64,000 nt of DNA from an uncultured Candidatus Sumerlaeota bacterium (GCA_964346275.1 CAYFUR010000001.1:11793-75792), one strand, 5' to 3'. Counted from the first letter of the stretch, positions 29,711-40,031 are shown. Notes: generated by a model not told the origin, from the sequence alone. A program made the numbers and translations.

Positions 29711-31589
29711 GGGCCTTGCCGGCACCTTCGATCATGTAAGTGAAAAGGGCTGTTCCTTCGGAAACGTGGAGCGTCCACCAGGACGGGCCGAGGAGGGAAT
29801 CGACGTCCGGCGCGTCCGGCTGTTCCCCGCGCAGTTCTTTCAATTGCCGTCCGAGCCGCGTTTTCGCCATGTAGTTTTCCACCACAGCCTTTGGCGGCAT
29901 ATAAACGAAGCCTCGGAGCCCATCAGTTTCCACGTCTTGAAGCCGCTTTCGATAGCTCTCATTCTCCAGGATACTGCCATTCTCAGAACCCGCCAGGCGG
30001 CGAAGCAGGGCGCGCAATTCCGCTCCGGTGGAGGCGAGGGCCACACCGTTCGGCGTCGCCGCCAGGTGAAGCCCCGGCGGGCGTCTTTTTGTCACCGCTG
30101 GCGCGGGGGTCTCCCAAACCGTGTGTCCCTGGTAATCGCTCTTTTCCAGATCGACCAGCTTCAAATCGTTTTCCGTAATCTGTCGCAAAAGCCGGTTCAA
30201 CGCTTCGGGAGCTTCTTTTCCACCGGTCAGTGGAAAGCAAAAAGCCGAGACCTTGTTCAACTCATGCTCGGGATTCCCTTCCCCGGGGCGCGCATAGGCG
30301 ATCAGCTCGCCGGTACTGCGCGCTAGCAGATCCTGCTCGATATCCATCCCGGCGGTTTTTTCGATCTGGCGAAAGGCGGTTTCGATGAACTGCTGGCTGC
30401 CGGGATAGAGAACGCTCATGACCCGGCGGTATTGAACATACAGCTTTTGCATATCCACACTGACCGAGGCGGCGAGGTCCGCATCCGACGGAACGAGGTT
30501 GAGGCGTTTAAGCGGGTTTTCCGGAAACTCGGTCAGAAGGCTGAAGATTCCGCCAGGAGAGGAAGGCATCCCAACGGACGCCAGCAGGCGGGCGTGTTCT
30601 TCATTCAAATCAAGGCGGGCAAGAACGGGTCCTCCCTGGTGCAAATCGAGAGACTTCAGCAGTTCGGTGTTTTGTTTCTGCGAGGGAAAGTCTCCCAGTT
30701 CACGAACGTGATGGCTCAAATCATAATAGAGATAGATCGCCTCGTTGGAATCACCAATCTCTCTGAGCGGCGCTCTCATCCGTTCCTGCTCCGATAAACG
30801 AAGGGGTTTCCCTTCGTCTTTCAACGCGCGGATGGCGCGCTTGAGCGGTTCCCCTCGGCCTTCCGCCAGAAGGAAGACTCCGTCAACAAAGCCATACTCG
30901 ACGATGACGGGAATCTCCTGCACCAGCCCCAGGTCGAGATTGTCCCGGTTGTCGCCGGGGAGAGGGGCCTCCTCGTCAAGGTAGTAAGTCAGGTGATAGA
31001 CATCTTCCCCATAGTAGGACACTTTCTTTTTCCGCGCCTCGTCGGGAATCCTCGCCAGCGTGTTTTCCAGAAACCGCTCCACTCGTTCCTTTTCCGAGGC
31101 TTTGAAATCCGCGGCGAGGATGACATCCCACTCCACAATCTCGATATTGTTTTGAACGTAGAGATCATACATTGTGGAGTAGATAGCAAGGGAGCCGCTG
31201 AAGGTCTCTTGCAGGTCCATCGCGGTGAACTGGAAGACGGAAGTGGCGGAATCCGCGCTTTGCCGCAGACCTTGGTCGACCATGGGCAGCACCGTCGCCC
31301 AGAAAGAGAAGAGCGGATCCGCACCGGAGATGGGAAGCCTGCGCATCACGTGGCCAACGGTGCGCTGCTCCAACTCTTCGCCCGAATGTTCTTTCACCAG
31401 AAGCTGGAAGAAGGGATTGGCCTCCAGTTGCTCGCGCGCGGCTTCGATATCGTGGCACCAAACGGCCATGTGTGCCTGCTGTGGGATTCGATAGCCAACG
31501 GCTGAGCCGCTTGCCTCGCTCGCTGTGGAACTCAGCCCGAACACCGCCGCAGCGCAGGCCACCAGGACTTTTCTCCGAAAACGGGACAT
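29703..31589 (-). CDS. Secreted hypothetical protein, DUF3352-like
   Basis: Signal peptide MSRFRRKVLVACAAAVFGLSSTASEA. LNLVPSDA...GMDIEQDLL...GEL pattern. Start placed at 31589, downstream of the hairpin at 31612-31640. Confidence 0.65.
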   Translation of the reverse strand: MSRFRRKVLVACAAAVFGLSSTASEASGSAVGYRIPQQAHMAVWCHDIEAAREQLEANPFFQLLVKEHSGEELEQRTVGHVMRRLPISGADPLFSFWATVLPMVDQGLRQSADSATSVFQFTAMDLQETFSGSLAIYSTMYDLYVQNNIEIVEWDVILAADFKASEKERVERFLENTLARIPDEARKKKVSYYGEDVYHLTYYLDEEAPLPGDNRDNLDLGLVQEIPVIVEYGFVDGVFLLAEGRGEPLKRAIRALKDEGKPLRLSEQERMRAPLREIGDSNEAIYLYYDLSHHVRELGDFPSQKQNTELLKSLDLHQGGPVLARLDLNEEHARLLASVGMPSSPGGIFSLLTEFPENPLKRLNLVPSDADLAASVSVDMQKLYVQYRRVMSVLYPGSQQFIETAFRQIEKTAGMDIEQDLLARSTGELIAYARPGEGNPEHELNKVSAFCFPLTGGKEAPEALNRLLRQITENDLKLVDLEKSDYQGHTVWETPAPAVTKRRPPGLHLAATPNGVALASTGAELRALLRRLAGSENGSILENESYRKRLQDVETDGLRGFVYMPPKAVVENYMAKTRLGRQLKELRGEQPDAPDVDSLLGPSWWTLHVSEGTALFTYMIEGAGKAHE

Positions 31590-31605
31590 CGTCTGCTCCA
31601 GATGT

Positions 31606-31640
31606 GAAAAGAAACGGCCGCCGATAGGGCCGGGCCGTTT
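31606..31640 (-). terminator. Terminator-like hairpin after the S1C protease
   Basis: AAACGGCC/GGCCGTTT stem followed by CTTTTC on the - strand. Confidence 0.5.
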
Positions 31641-31673
31641 CATTGGTCGATCTCACTCTTTCAATCGCTCGGC

Positions 31674-32735
31674 TTATTGCGGGCGATGGTAACGAAAACC
31701 ATCCGGTTGCGTGGTTTCCGAAATAGCAAAGGCGTTGGAATGGCGAATGAAATGGTGTATATAAAAAACAGGAAGTGCAAAAGCGACGCCTTCCTGGAAC
31801 ATGGCTTTCAGAGTGACCAGCCCCACGACCTCGCCCCGGCGATTCACGAGCGGACCGCCGGAATTCCCCGGGTTCACCGGCGCCGTTGTCTGCAAATAAA
31901 GGACGTCATTAAAATTACGCGACAGGGAAGAAACGATTCCTTCGCTGATGGTGTGATCAAGCACCATGCGGCCCATGCCGGGGTTGCCAATCGCATAGAC
32001 GACGTCGCCTGCCTCCAATGCCCCCGCCTCGGCAACCGGCAGAGGCTCGATCTGAATCCCTTTTTCGCGGACCTGTTCCATATCGAGCTGCACGATGGCG
32101 ATGTCCAGGAGAGTGCTGTATGCCTCGACTTCGCAATTCTCAATTCTCTCTTTCTCCCACTGGTCCCCCCGTTTCACGAAAAGGGTCACAGTCTGATAAA
32201 GGTTATCACCGGTGACATGGCGATTGGTTACCAGCCGGCCGTCGTTATCGATAATCCATCCCGTGCCGAGGCCGCCGGGATTGGAGACGAGCACCACACT
32301 GCGCTTCACCTCCTCCAGAATTCCCTGCTGCGAGAGCACTTCACCGGTGTCCTGGCGCGAGCGAAAAACCAGAGAGCCGGTTTCCTCGTCATAGCTTCCC
32401 GTTCCCAGTCCCGCTCGGCTCTCCGGAGCGGTCTCCTTGATTTCCGACAGAGGCTGGCGGTTGAGCACGTCGCCGGTAGGAAAGCTGATAATACTCGGTC
32501 CGATATCGACAAAAACTTCCGCAGGCGTTTCTTTAACCAATTCTCCGACGATTTCTCCGCCGCCCTGAAGCCGCCACAAGATCGCTTCGTCGACAGGAAC
32601 AGCAGCTTCCGCGCTGGCGGAGTCTTTCTGTGTGGGGGGGGCTTCGGATTGAGAAGGCTCATTCTGTGCGAAGAGAGAGGCAGGAAAGAACCCCAAAAGA
32701 ACAAAAATGGAGGAAAAAAGCAGGTTTTTGCGCAT
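31674..32735 (-). CDS. Secreted trypsin-like serine protease (S1C/HtrA-like, no PDZ)
   Basis: Signal peptide. Catalytic triad VTNRHV, DIAIV, NPGNSGGPL; also AIGNPG. Confidence 0.88.
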   Translation of the reverse strand: MRKNLLFSSIFVLLGFFPASLFAQNEPSQSEAPPTQKDSASAEAAVPVDEAILWRLQGGGEIVGELVKETPAEVFVDIGPSIISFPTGDVLNRQPLSEIKETAPESRAGLGTGSYDEETGSLVFRSRQDTGEVLSQQGILEEVKRSVVLVSNPGGLGTGWIIDNDGRLVTNRHVTGDNLYQTVTLFVKRGDQWEKERIENCEVEAYSTLLDIAIVQLDMEQVREKGIQIEPLPVAEAGALEAGDVVYAIGNPGMGRMVLDHTISEGIVSSLSRNFNDVLYLQTTAPVNPGNSGGPLVNRRGEVVGLVTLKAMFQEGVAFALPVFYIHHFIRHSNAFAISETTQPDGFRYHRPQ

Positions 32736-32847
32736 TCGTCATCCTTGTGCACGATTGGTCACCCGCCAGTTAGACTGGCCGGGCACTCGGTGAAGTTAGG
32801 CGCTGCGGGGCGGAAATCGCAAGAGAAGAGCCGCACGGAAAGAGCCC

Positions 32848-34011
32848 TTACAGCCCGACAAAGGTGAATCGCCGGGAGGAAACATTCAGCACAAGGCCGA
32901 AGAGGACGAATGTTGTCACAAGGAAGGACCCCCCGTAGCTGAGAAATGGCAGGGGAATACCCGTCACCGGAAGCAAGCCGATCGTCATGGCGATATTCAG
33001 AACTATATGGCCCGAGAAAATGGCGAAGAGCCCCGCCACCACGATTCCTCCAAACCGGTCGCGGGCATGATCCATGGCAAGAATCATCCGCCAGCCGATC
33101 AGAAAAAAAGCCCCCAGCAGCAAAATACCGCCGAGAAGCCCGAGCTGCTCCACGGCGCTGGCAAAAATGAAGTCTGTGTGGTGTTCGGGGAGGAAGCGAT
33201 GGATGCCCTGGGAGCCTTCGCCCCAGCCTTGGCCAAGGAGTCCGCCGGCGCCGACAGCGGTTTTCGACTGGATGACATTGTAGCCCGATCCGGCCGCGTC
33301 CGACGCTGGATTGAGAAAGCTGGTCAGGCGCGCCTGCTGGTAAGGCTTGAGGAAGGGAAAGGCGCAGATGACGCCAATGGCCGCGGCAGCGCCGATGAGA
33401 GCGAGTTTTCTCAGAGGCGCACCCGCCATGATCATGATCGAAACAAAAATCAGAAAGAAAAGCGAGGCGGTGCCGAGATCGGGCTGGAGCAGCACGAGCA
33501 AGGCCGGAACGCCGCAAATCATCCCGGGCAGGAAGATGCCCTTCCAGGTTGTCAGTTTCTCGGGATAAAGTGCGACCCATTGGGCACAAACAAGCACCGT
33601 TGCGACCTTCATCGTTTCGCTTGGCTGCCAGTTGATGGGGCCCAGGGAAATCCAGGATCGCGCGCCATTGATGCGGGTCCCCAGAGCGAGCACAAAGATC
33701 AGAGCCCCAAGATTCAGCACATAAATTCCCAGAGCGGCGCGGTTGATCCATCGGTAATCGACGAGAAAGACGCCAATCATCCCCGCCACTGCGATCGCCA
33801 GATAGGCAAGCTGGCGCTCGGCGCCGGCCTCCAGAAAAGGAATGTTATTCACGGCGCCGCGCAGGATCCAGATCCCCGCCGCGGCCATCGCGATCACCGA
33901 AAAAGCGAGCGAATAATCCAAGTGGCGAAAAACGACAAACCAATCGGAAAGCCGTTTCTCGTTGGGAACGGCCAGGCTCTCGCGCGCTGACAAATACCTG
34001 GCTGCATTCAT
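32848..34011 (-). CDS. rodA: Rod shape-determining SEDS protein RodA
   Basis: GARSWI, QPSE, LQPDLGT, YQQARL, LPEHHTDFIF, PFLSYGGS. Downstream of mreC. Confidence 0.92.
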   Translation of the reverse strand: MNAARYLSARESLAVPNEKRLSDWFVVFRHLDYSLAFSVIAMAAAGIWILRGAVNNIPFLEAGAERQLAYLAIAVAGMIGVFLVDYRWINRAALGIYVLNLGALIFVLALGTRINGARSWISLGPINWQPSETMKVATVLVCAQWVALYPEKLTTWKGIFLPGMICGVPALLVLLQPDLGTASLFFLIFVSIMIMAGAPLRKLALIGAAAAIGVICAFPFLKPYQQARLTSFLNPASDAAGSGYNVIQSKTAVGAGGLLGQGWGEGSQGIHRFLPEHHTDFIFASAVEQLGLLGGILLLGAFFLIGWRMILAMDHARDRFGGIVVAGLFAIFSGHIVLNIAMTIGLLPVTGIPLPFLSYGGSFLVTTFVLFGLVLNVSSRRFTFVGL

Positions 34012-34520
34012 CGCCGCAGACCTCTTGCTGGTGACTCGGCGGCCGGTTCCCTCAGCAACTCATGAGCAAACCGGCAGGCAATTGCAACCACGGCGGAAAA
34101 GCCGAGGAAAAAGAGCGTCGCCAAAGCCTCCTGGCCCAATCCATTGATACCCCGTGTGAGGCCGAGGATGCCGAAAAACGAAATGAAGCAGGCCAGGCCA
34201 AACCCCACATGATCAATAGTCCACGGGGAGGAGGATTCTGTCTTGATCAGGAGATTGCCCGCGGCGAGGGCGGTGCACGAAGGAAGAAACAACGGCATGG
34301 CCGGCATCGAATGCAGCGCGGCGAGACCCGTGCAAAGGGGCAGAAGGAGAGAAGCCTGAAACATCGGGGGCCCGGCAAAGCCGATCAGAATCAGCGCGGC
34401 CAGCGGCCATGAGATGGCTGTCCAGCCAAGAGAGGCGGCCAGGAAGCTCACCCCCCAGAGCGCCAGAACGCCCATGGCGATTCCCGAAAGGACCGGCCGG
34501 TGGTGGAAGATCTCCTTCAT
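34008..34520 (-). CDS. Multi-pass membrane protein in the MreD position (possible divergent MreD)
   Basis: 170 aa, about 5 TM helices, overlaps mreC and rodA. No recognisable MreD motif. Confidence 0.55.
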   Translation of the reverse strand: MKEIFHHRPVLSGIAMGVLALWGVSFLAASLGWTAISWPLAALILIGFAGPPMFQASLLLPLCTGLAALHSMPAMPLFLPSCTALAAGNLLIKTESSSPWTIDHVGFGLACFISFFGILGLTRGINGLGQEALATLFFLGFSAVVAIACRFAHELLREPAAESPARGLRR

Positions 34521-35386
34521 CAGAACGCGCCTTCCTTTTTCGGTCCGAAAGGAATCCGGCCGTGGGGGAGAAGGAATAGCGTGCGGAGTTCTCCCGGCGC
34601 TTCGGGCAGGCGCAGCACAGCTATGGGCTCGCCTTTCTTGCTGATGCGGATCTCTTCGATCTCTCCGAAGGGCACTCCTCCGGGAGCGATGGACCCGGCC
34701 ATTCCAGAGGAAACAACGATATCGGCCGGCTTGGCATCGAAGGTCGTGCGGTCAAAGTGAAATTCAACGGAATCTCCGTGGCCCGTCCCCTTAACCAGGC
34801 CTTTCTCTGCCCACTGGTCCACCTCGGCCCCCCAGACGGCACCTTTGTCCGTGACGAGTTCCACCAGTGATGTCTCCATATACACTTCGATGACCTCGCC
34901 GACGACCCCTCGCGTTCCGAGCGCGACCATCCCTTTTTCCACACCATCCTCTTTGCCGGCATTGATCCAGGCCACTTGGCGCCCCGTGGGCGGGGGAGGA
35001 GCGAGAATGGAAACGGGCATCAGGTCGTAAGTGCCCGGGGGGACATGAGTCGAGATTTCCTGGCTCAGCGAGGCAAGATTCTCGTGCGACCGCCGGGCCG
35101 CCGTGTCTATGCGCGAAGCGATGAGTTCCTTGCGCAGCTCTTCATTTTCTTCTTGGAGGTTCTTTGCGGAAAAAAGAGCTGTCCAGAAGGATCCCAGAGC
35201 GTCGTGTGCCGCACTGCCCGCTTTGAAAACGGGGGCGGTGATAAAGACGATGGTGGTGGAGATTGGATCGTCGGAGCCGTCACGGCGGCCATCGATTGCC
35301 TGGACAAAGAGTCCGGCAAGAATGAGCGCCACCAGGGCCTTGATCAATTTGTCGTAGCGAGTTTTTCGTCGCCCGAGCGTGGCCAT
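34520..35386 (-). CDS. mreC: Rod shape-determining protein MreC
   Basis: N-terminal TM, coiled coil LQEENEELRKEL, INAGKEDGVEKGMVAL...GVVGEV, VVSSG...PGGVPFG. Confidence 0.88.
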   Translation of the reverse strand: MATLGRRKTRYDKLIKALVALILAGLFVQAIDGRRDGSDDPISTTIVFITAPVFKAGSAAHDALGSFWTALFSAKNLQEENEELRKELIASRIDTAARRSHENLASLSQEISTHVPPGTYDLMPVSILAPPPPTGRQVAWINAGKEDGVEKGMVALGTRGVVGEVIEVYMETSLVELVTDKGAVWGAEVDQWAEKGLVKGTGHGDSVEFHFDRTTFDAKPADIVVSSGMAGSIAPGGVPFGEIEEIRISKKGEPIAVLRLPEAPGELRTLFLLPHGRIPFGPKKEGAF

Positions 35387-35499
35387 CAGCAGGCCTCAAC
35401 TGGAGTTTAATGTACCTTTATCACGCAAGGCAGCATCCAGAACGGAGCAAGCCTCCCTACACCGTCAAGATAAGAAAGCTGGGGAAAAAGAGTTTCAAC

Positions 35500-38400
35500 T
35501 CATCGGTATTCCGGCAGCAAGTCGCCCCATTGGGTCTCCGGTGACACGCGAGCGCGGCGCTTCCAAAGCTCGATGCGATGTTCCAGGGGCTTTGTCTCTC
35601 CACCGGGATACTCCTCCATATTCCATGGAAAGGCCTCCAGGATTTCCAGCTCCCCGATGCGGGTTGGGATCAAGATGGCCATTCCGTCGTTTGTGAACCG
35701 GGCGCCCAGTGGACGCTCATCTTGCTCGCGCTCGATCAGTGTCATGATTTCCCGCCCATCGCGCACGCTCCAAAGCCGTGAGGAATTGTCGGCGGAGGTA
35801 GTAAGGAGGCGCCGGCCGTCGGGGCTGAAATCAACATCGATGACTGTGCGGCGATGGCCTGTGAACTCACTCATGAGTTCGCCGGTTTCCAAATCCCAGA
35901 TCACGGCTGTGTCGGCGGTGGTGCCCGATGCGAGCAGCCGTCCGTCGTGGGAATAATCCAGGGCGATTCCAGCCCCTTCCACGCCGGTCAACTTTGAGAT
36001 GGCTTTCCCTTCTTCCACGGACCAGATCCAGACTTCTCCGTTCAGATAACCAACGGCCATGGTCTCCCCGTTGGGACTGAACTGCAGATCGTTGATGCTG
36101 TATTGCTTTCTCATGTGCAGCGATTCGTCGCTCGGGTTGGCATCGAGAACGCGCACGAGTTCCCAGGTTTTCGTGTCGAAGAGATGGACATTGTCGACGA
36201 ATTCAGCGACGGCGAGATAGCGTCCATCCGGGCTGAAGGCGCTGTCGATGATCAATCCGGGTTCAATGGTGCGTATCAGATCCCCCGTTTCCACGTTTCT
36301 GACTTCTCCATCCAATTCATCCTTATCGAAGGAGAACCCGTATTTCCGGTCTGGTGAGAAGCTCGAAAAGCGGGTTTCGATCAGAAAATTTCCGCCCCGG
36401 GGCTGTGCGAGCGTCGCCCCGGATGGAACAATCCAGTGATCCGCTTCGTCTCCCCAGGCGACGTGCCGGTCGGGAGGAAGTCCATAGGCTTCCACAACGC
36501 CAGAGCTGTTTTGCATCGCCCGGCGGGAGGGATTCTTATCAAACTCGACCTCTTCCAGGATGCGCGCCCGCGATGTCAGCCGCACCGAACGGCGCGAAGT
36601 CGATAGCACCTTCTGGCCATCGGGCGAAAAATTGATGCGCCACATGGGGTCGTCGGCCAGGAAATCTCCCAGCACATTTCCGCTTTCCATACTCCAAAAA
36701 CGCGCGTATCCGCGGTCGTCCGCGGAGACAAGGACGTCCTTTGCCGGGCTGAAATCGGCGCTGTGAAGATAGTCTGTCGGATTCCGGAGTTCGTGGACGA
36801 CTTCACCCTCCCTTGTGTAAACAAGAAGGCCATCTTCATTGGTCGTTGCGATAATATGGTCTCCGGACTGATCCCACTTCGCGCTGGTGATTCCGTCTTC
36901 GTGGCTCTCGTAACTGCGAATCGTTTCTCCAGTCCGTGGATTGATCATCAAAAGCTGGCCATCGAGCAGGCCGATGATGAGGCCTTCTCCTTTCGGGTCG
37001 AATTCGCCTGTATAGACGATGCCATCCATGATAAAGCGGCGCAGGAAGTTGCCGGTTTCGCGATCGTATATCCGGACAGTGGTATCCCCGCTGCCAGTGA
37101 AAACGAGGGAACTGTCCGCGCTGAACCCTCCAGTGCGCAAGATCTCCGAGTGGCCCGTGAGGCGATGCTGCAACTCGCCCGTTTGTGCGTCGATGATGAC
37201 TCCTGTCTTGTCGAAACTTGCCCCAAAGATCCACTTGCCATCCCGGCTGAAATCGACGCTCCAGATCAGCCGGTCGTTGGTTTTCTGGTGCCAGAGCCGG
37301 CGGCCTGATTCCGCTTCCCAGAGCGCCATGCCGGTCAAGTCGCCGGTAGCAATGTGCGACCCGTCAGGTGAATAGACGGCGTGGAACATTTGCTCGTCGT
37401 TTAAAAGGCGCATGTCTTCGGGATAGAGTTGAGCCAGCAAATACCCCCACTCCCATTGGCGATAGGCTGGGAGAGAGCCTTCCATCAGGATTTCCCGGGT
37501 TTTTTCGATCTCGCCGCGTTCCAGGCTGACTTCGGCAATGCCGATGGAGGAGTAATATTGCTCCCGCTCGGCGACTTGCCGTGCCTGCTCGGCCTGCCGG
37601 TGCGCCGTTTCCGCGGCCTCTTTTTGCAGCACCGCCTCAGCTTCGGCTTTCTCTGCTTCCAGGGCGGCCGCTTCCGCCCGGTCGCGCTGGCCGGCCAGGC
37701 TTTGCGACAACTGCTTTTGGTCCAGGCTGTACTTGATGGCTCCGATGACAAGAAGGAGGCCAAGAACCAAGGCGCCCGCCAGCGCCAGGCGCCGCTGTTT
37801 TTCCTGGCGGCGGTGCAGAGCTTCGGCCTCGGTGATCGCCGAGAGGATCCTGCTCTGTTCCTCGCTGTCCTTTTCGAGACGTCCGGCCTGGATTCTTGCC
37901 ATGACAAGATCGCCATTGCGCAATGCGGCGGACGCATAGCGGGCTCGTGCCTCTTCAGCCAGTGGAGCCGTAACCGGGTTCTGGGGCCAGAGGATCTGCG
38001 CTTTGCGCAGATCCTCTAAAACCTCTCCGTATCCCGCGTAGCTTTCGCCGATCTTTTTCAGGTCTTCCCTGGCCCTGGCCACGAGTTCCTTGGATTCACG
38101 CCGCCTTTTGGTGCCCGTGATATAGTCCTTTAAGGCTGTGGCGAATTCATCGGCGCTGCGAATTCGATCCGTGATGTCTCGTTGGAGAGCCCGCAGGCAA
38201 AGGTCTGCCAAATCCCCCGGAATACTTCGGAAAGGGGCTCTTTCCTGGGGAGCAACGACCTCGTCATATCGAGCCCGGTGAAAGGCGGCCTCCGACGTTG
38301 GAGCCTCGTTCGGCCCTTCGCCGGTCAGCAGGTAATAGAGGATTCCACCGAGAAGATAGACGTCTGTCCACGGTCCCAGTTCCCCGGTGTTTTTCCTTGT

Positions 38401-39261
38401 CTGTTCCGGCGCCATGTAGGCGGGGGTTCCCGCGGGATTCGTCGCTGTTCCCCTCACCCCCAGAGGCGGATCATGGATCGGCTCTGCCACAGCCGAAGCG
38501 AAGGCGGATTGCCTGTCGTAAACGAAGGCAATCCCCCAATCCATCAGGAGCACCTCGCCGTATTTGCCGAGCATCACCTGCGAAGGCTTGACATCGCGAT
38601 GGACGATGCCCCGCGAGTGGGCGAATGCAACGGCGTGGCTGACCTGGATGAGTGTCGGAAGGTGTTTCCCGAGAAGTTCATCGGTGGAGAGTTCTTCGAA
38701 ATCCCGGCTGATGACATCACTCCATGGCTCGCCGCGAACGAGTTTCATGGCCAGCAGGGGGCGGCCGTCCTGGTCTATGCCCAGGTCATAGACGGGAACG
38801 ATGTTGGGATGATCCAGTTTGGCGGAAATCAGGGCTTCATGGCGAAACCCGGATTCCAGGACTCGAATTTCTTTTCGAGATCGCTTTTCGTAAAGATCCT
38901 GGCGCAGGCGTTTGACTGCAATCACCCGGGAAAGGGAAGTCTGCATCGATTGCCAGACCTCTCCGTATCCTCCCTTCGCCACGAGGCGGCAGAGAAGATA
39001 GGCTTCGGATTGCTCTGCCGGCCGGCCGGGCTGTGTTTCCGCCTCACTTGGTTCGAGCCGCGCCACGGAAAAGGTCTGAAGCCCCTCCTGTGGATTTTCG
39101 TGGGAGGACTCTCGATGCCTCTGTTCCTCTTCCGAGTCGATGCGGTCGAGCAGGTGATCGATAATGCCGCGGGTTCGAAATGGGTCGTAGGATGCTGCCG
39201 GGTCCTCTGGAAGATCCTTTGGAATGTCCTCTTTGTCCCTGGAGTCCTGCATTAGAGCCAC
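35500..39261 (-). CDS. Hanks-type Ser/Thr protein kinase with hydrophobic helix, coiled coil and WD40 repeats
   Basis: KGGYGEV, IAVK, HRDVKPSQ, DWG, GTPAYMAPEQ. LALAGALVLGLLLVIGA helix, many FSPDG/GH..WD repeats. Start 39261 (GTG) or 39252 (ATG). Confidence 0.92.
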   Translation of the reverse strand: MALMQDSRDKEDIPKDLPEDPAASYDPFRTRGIIDHLLDRIDSEEEQRHRESSHENPQEGLQTFSVARLEPSEAETQPGRPAEQSEAYLLCRLVAKGGYGEVWQSMQTSLSRVIAVKRLRQDLYEKRSRKEIRVLESGFRHEALISAKLDHPNIVPVYDLGIDQDGRPLLAMKLVRGEPWSDVISRDFEELSTDELLGKHLPTLIQVSHAVAFAHSRGIVHRDVKPSQVMLGKYGEVLLMDWGIAFVYDRQSAFASAVAEPIHDPPLGVRGTATNPAGTPAYMAPEQTRKNTGELGPWTDVYLLGGILYYLLTGEGPNEAPTSEAAFHRARYDEVVAPQERAPFRSIPGDLADLCLRALQRDITDRIRSADEFATALKDYITGTKRRRESKELVARAREDLKKIGESYAGYGEVLEDLRKAQILWPQNPVTAPLAEEARARYASAALRNGDLVMARIQAGRLEKDSEEQSRILSAITEAEALHRRQEKQRRLALAGALVLGLLLVIGAIKYSLDQKQLSQSLAGQRDRAEAAALEAEKAEAEAVLQKEAAETAHRQAEQARQVAEREQYYSSIGIAEVSLERGEIEKTREILMEGSLPAYRQWEWGYLLAQLYPEDMRLLNDEQMFHAVYSPDGSHIATGDLTGMALWEAESGRRLWHQKTNDRLIWSVDFSRDGKWIFGASFDKTGVIIDAQTGELQHRLTGHSEILRTGGFSADSSLVFTGSGDTTVRIYDRETGNFLRRFIMDGIVYTGEFDPKGEGLIIGLLDGQLLMINPRTGETIRSYESHEDGITSAKWDQSGDHIIATTNEDGLLVYTREGEVVHELRNPTDYLHSADFSPAKDVLVSADDRGYARFWSMESGNVLGDFLADDPMWRINFSPDGQKVLSTSRRSVRLTSRARILEEVEFDKNPSRRAMQNSSGVVEAYGLPPDRHVAWGDEADHWIVPSGATLAQPRGGNFLIETRFSSFSPDRKYGFSFDKDELDGEVRNVETGDLIRTIEPGLIIDSAFSPDGRYLAVAEFVDNVHLFDTKTWELVRVLDANPSDESLHMRKQYSINDLQFSPNGETMAVGYLNGEVWIWSVEEGKAISKLTGVEGAGIALDYSHDGRLLASGTTADTAVIWDLETGELMSEFTGHRRTVIDVDFSPDGRRLLTTSADNSSRLWSVRDGREIMTLIEREQDERPLGARFTNDGMAILIPTRIGELEILEAFPWNMEEYPGGETKPLEHRIELWKRRARVSPETQWGDLLPEYR

Positions 39262-39367
39262 TTAATTTGAATTTGATCCGGCACAACCACTGAATATTTC
39301 AGAGTGGTCCCTGCTTCTGTTAACTGGCAACCGGAAGATTTATGAAATGAGCAAGGATTTGGAGAGC

Positions 39368-39886
39368 TTATTCTGCCAGGCCCCGGCCATCGGAGGAATT
39401 CTGGCCGCCTGGCTTTTTCCCCCAGCCAAGCGAGGCATTCCGAAAATCATTCGCCTGCTGCTCGTCCTGTTTCTCTTCCTCCGTGTCCACAATAAGCCGC
39501 GGCAAAGCGATCGGGCGGTTCTTTTCGTCGCGTGCTGCCATGGCAAACCAATCCCTGGTAGCCAAAACGGGCGGATCTTCCGAATAAGGATGTTCGCGAT
39601 AGACCTCAACCTTCACCACCAGGCTGGTCCGCCCCACGCAAGCCACCCGGGCGCGCGTCTCAATGATGTCACCGACTTGAACAGGCTCGACGAATTGGAT
39701 CCCGTCGCTACTGATCGTGATAAAGGGGACGCGCGCGTATCTCACCGCTGCAAGAAAGGCGGCCTTGTCCATGAGCGCCATGGCTTTTCCGCCGAACATG
39801 GTCCCAAGAGTATTGGCGTCGCCGGGAAAGACGATATCGGTCATGACGACAGTGGAAGCGCGCTTGGCCGGTGGGGTTCCTGTCAT
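39368..39886 (-). CDS. Acyl-CoA thioesterase (HotDog, YciA-like)
   Basis: VFPGDANTLGTMFGG..MALMD, FVEPVQVGD, GRTSL. Start MTGTPP (39886). Confidence 0.9.
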   Translation of the reverse strand: MTGTPPAKRASTVVMTDIVFPGDANTLGTMFGGKAMALMDKAAFLAAVRYARVPFITISSDGIQFVEPVQVGDIIETRARVACVGRTSLVVKVEVYREHPYSEDPPVLATRDWFAMAARDEKNRPIALPRLIVDTEEEKQDEQQANDFRNASLGWGKKPGGQNSSDGRGLAE

Positions 39887-40031
39887 GCAATCCTCACAAA
39901 AAATGCTTGGGAAAATACTTGCGGTGGCGACACGATCGTCAAAAGTGTTCGGGAAAGTAAGATGGGAAGTCGAGCGTTTTCCCCAAGGACCATCCGATTC
40001 GCTGAAACTCTTCAAAATCAAGGACTATGAT

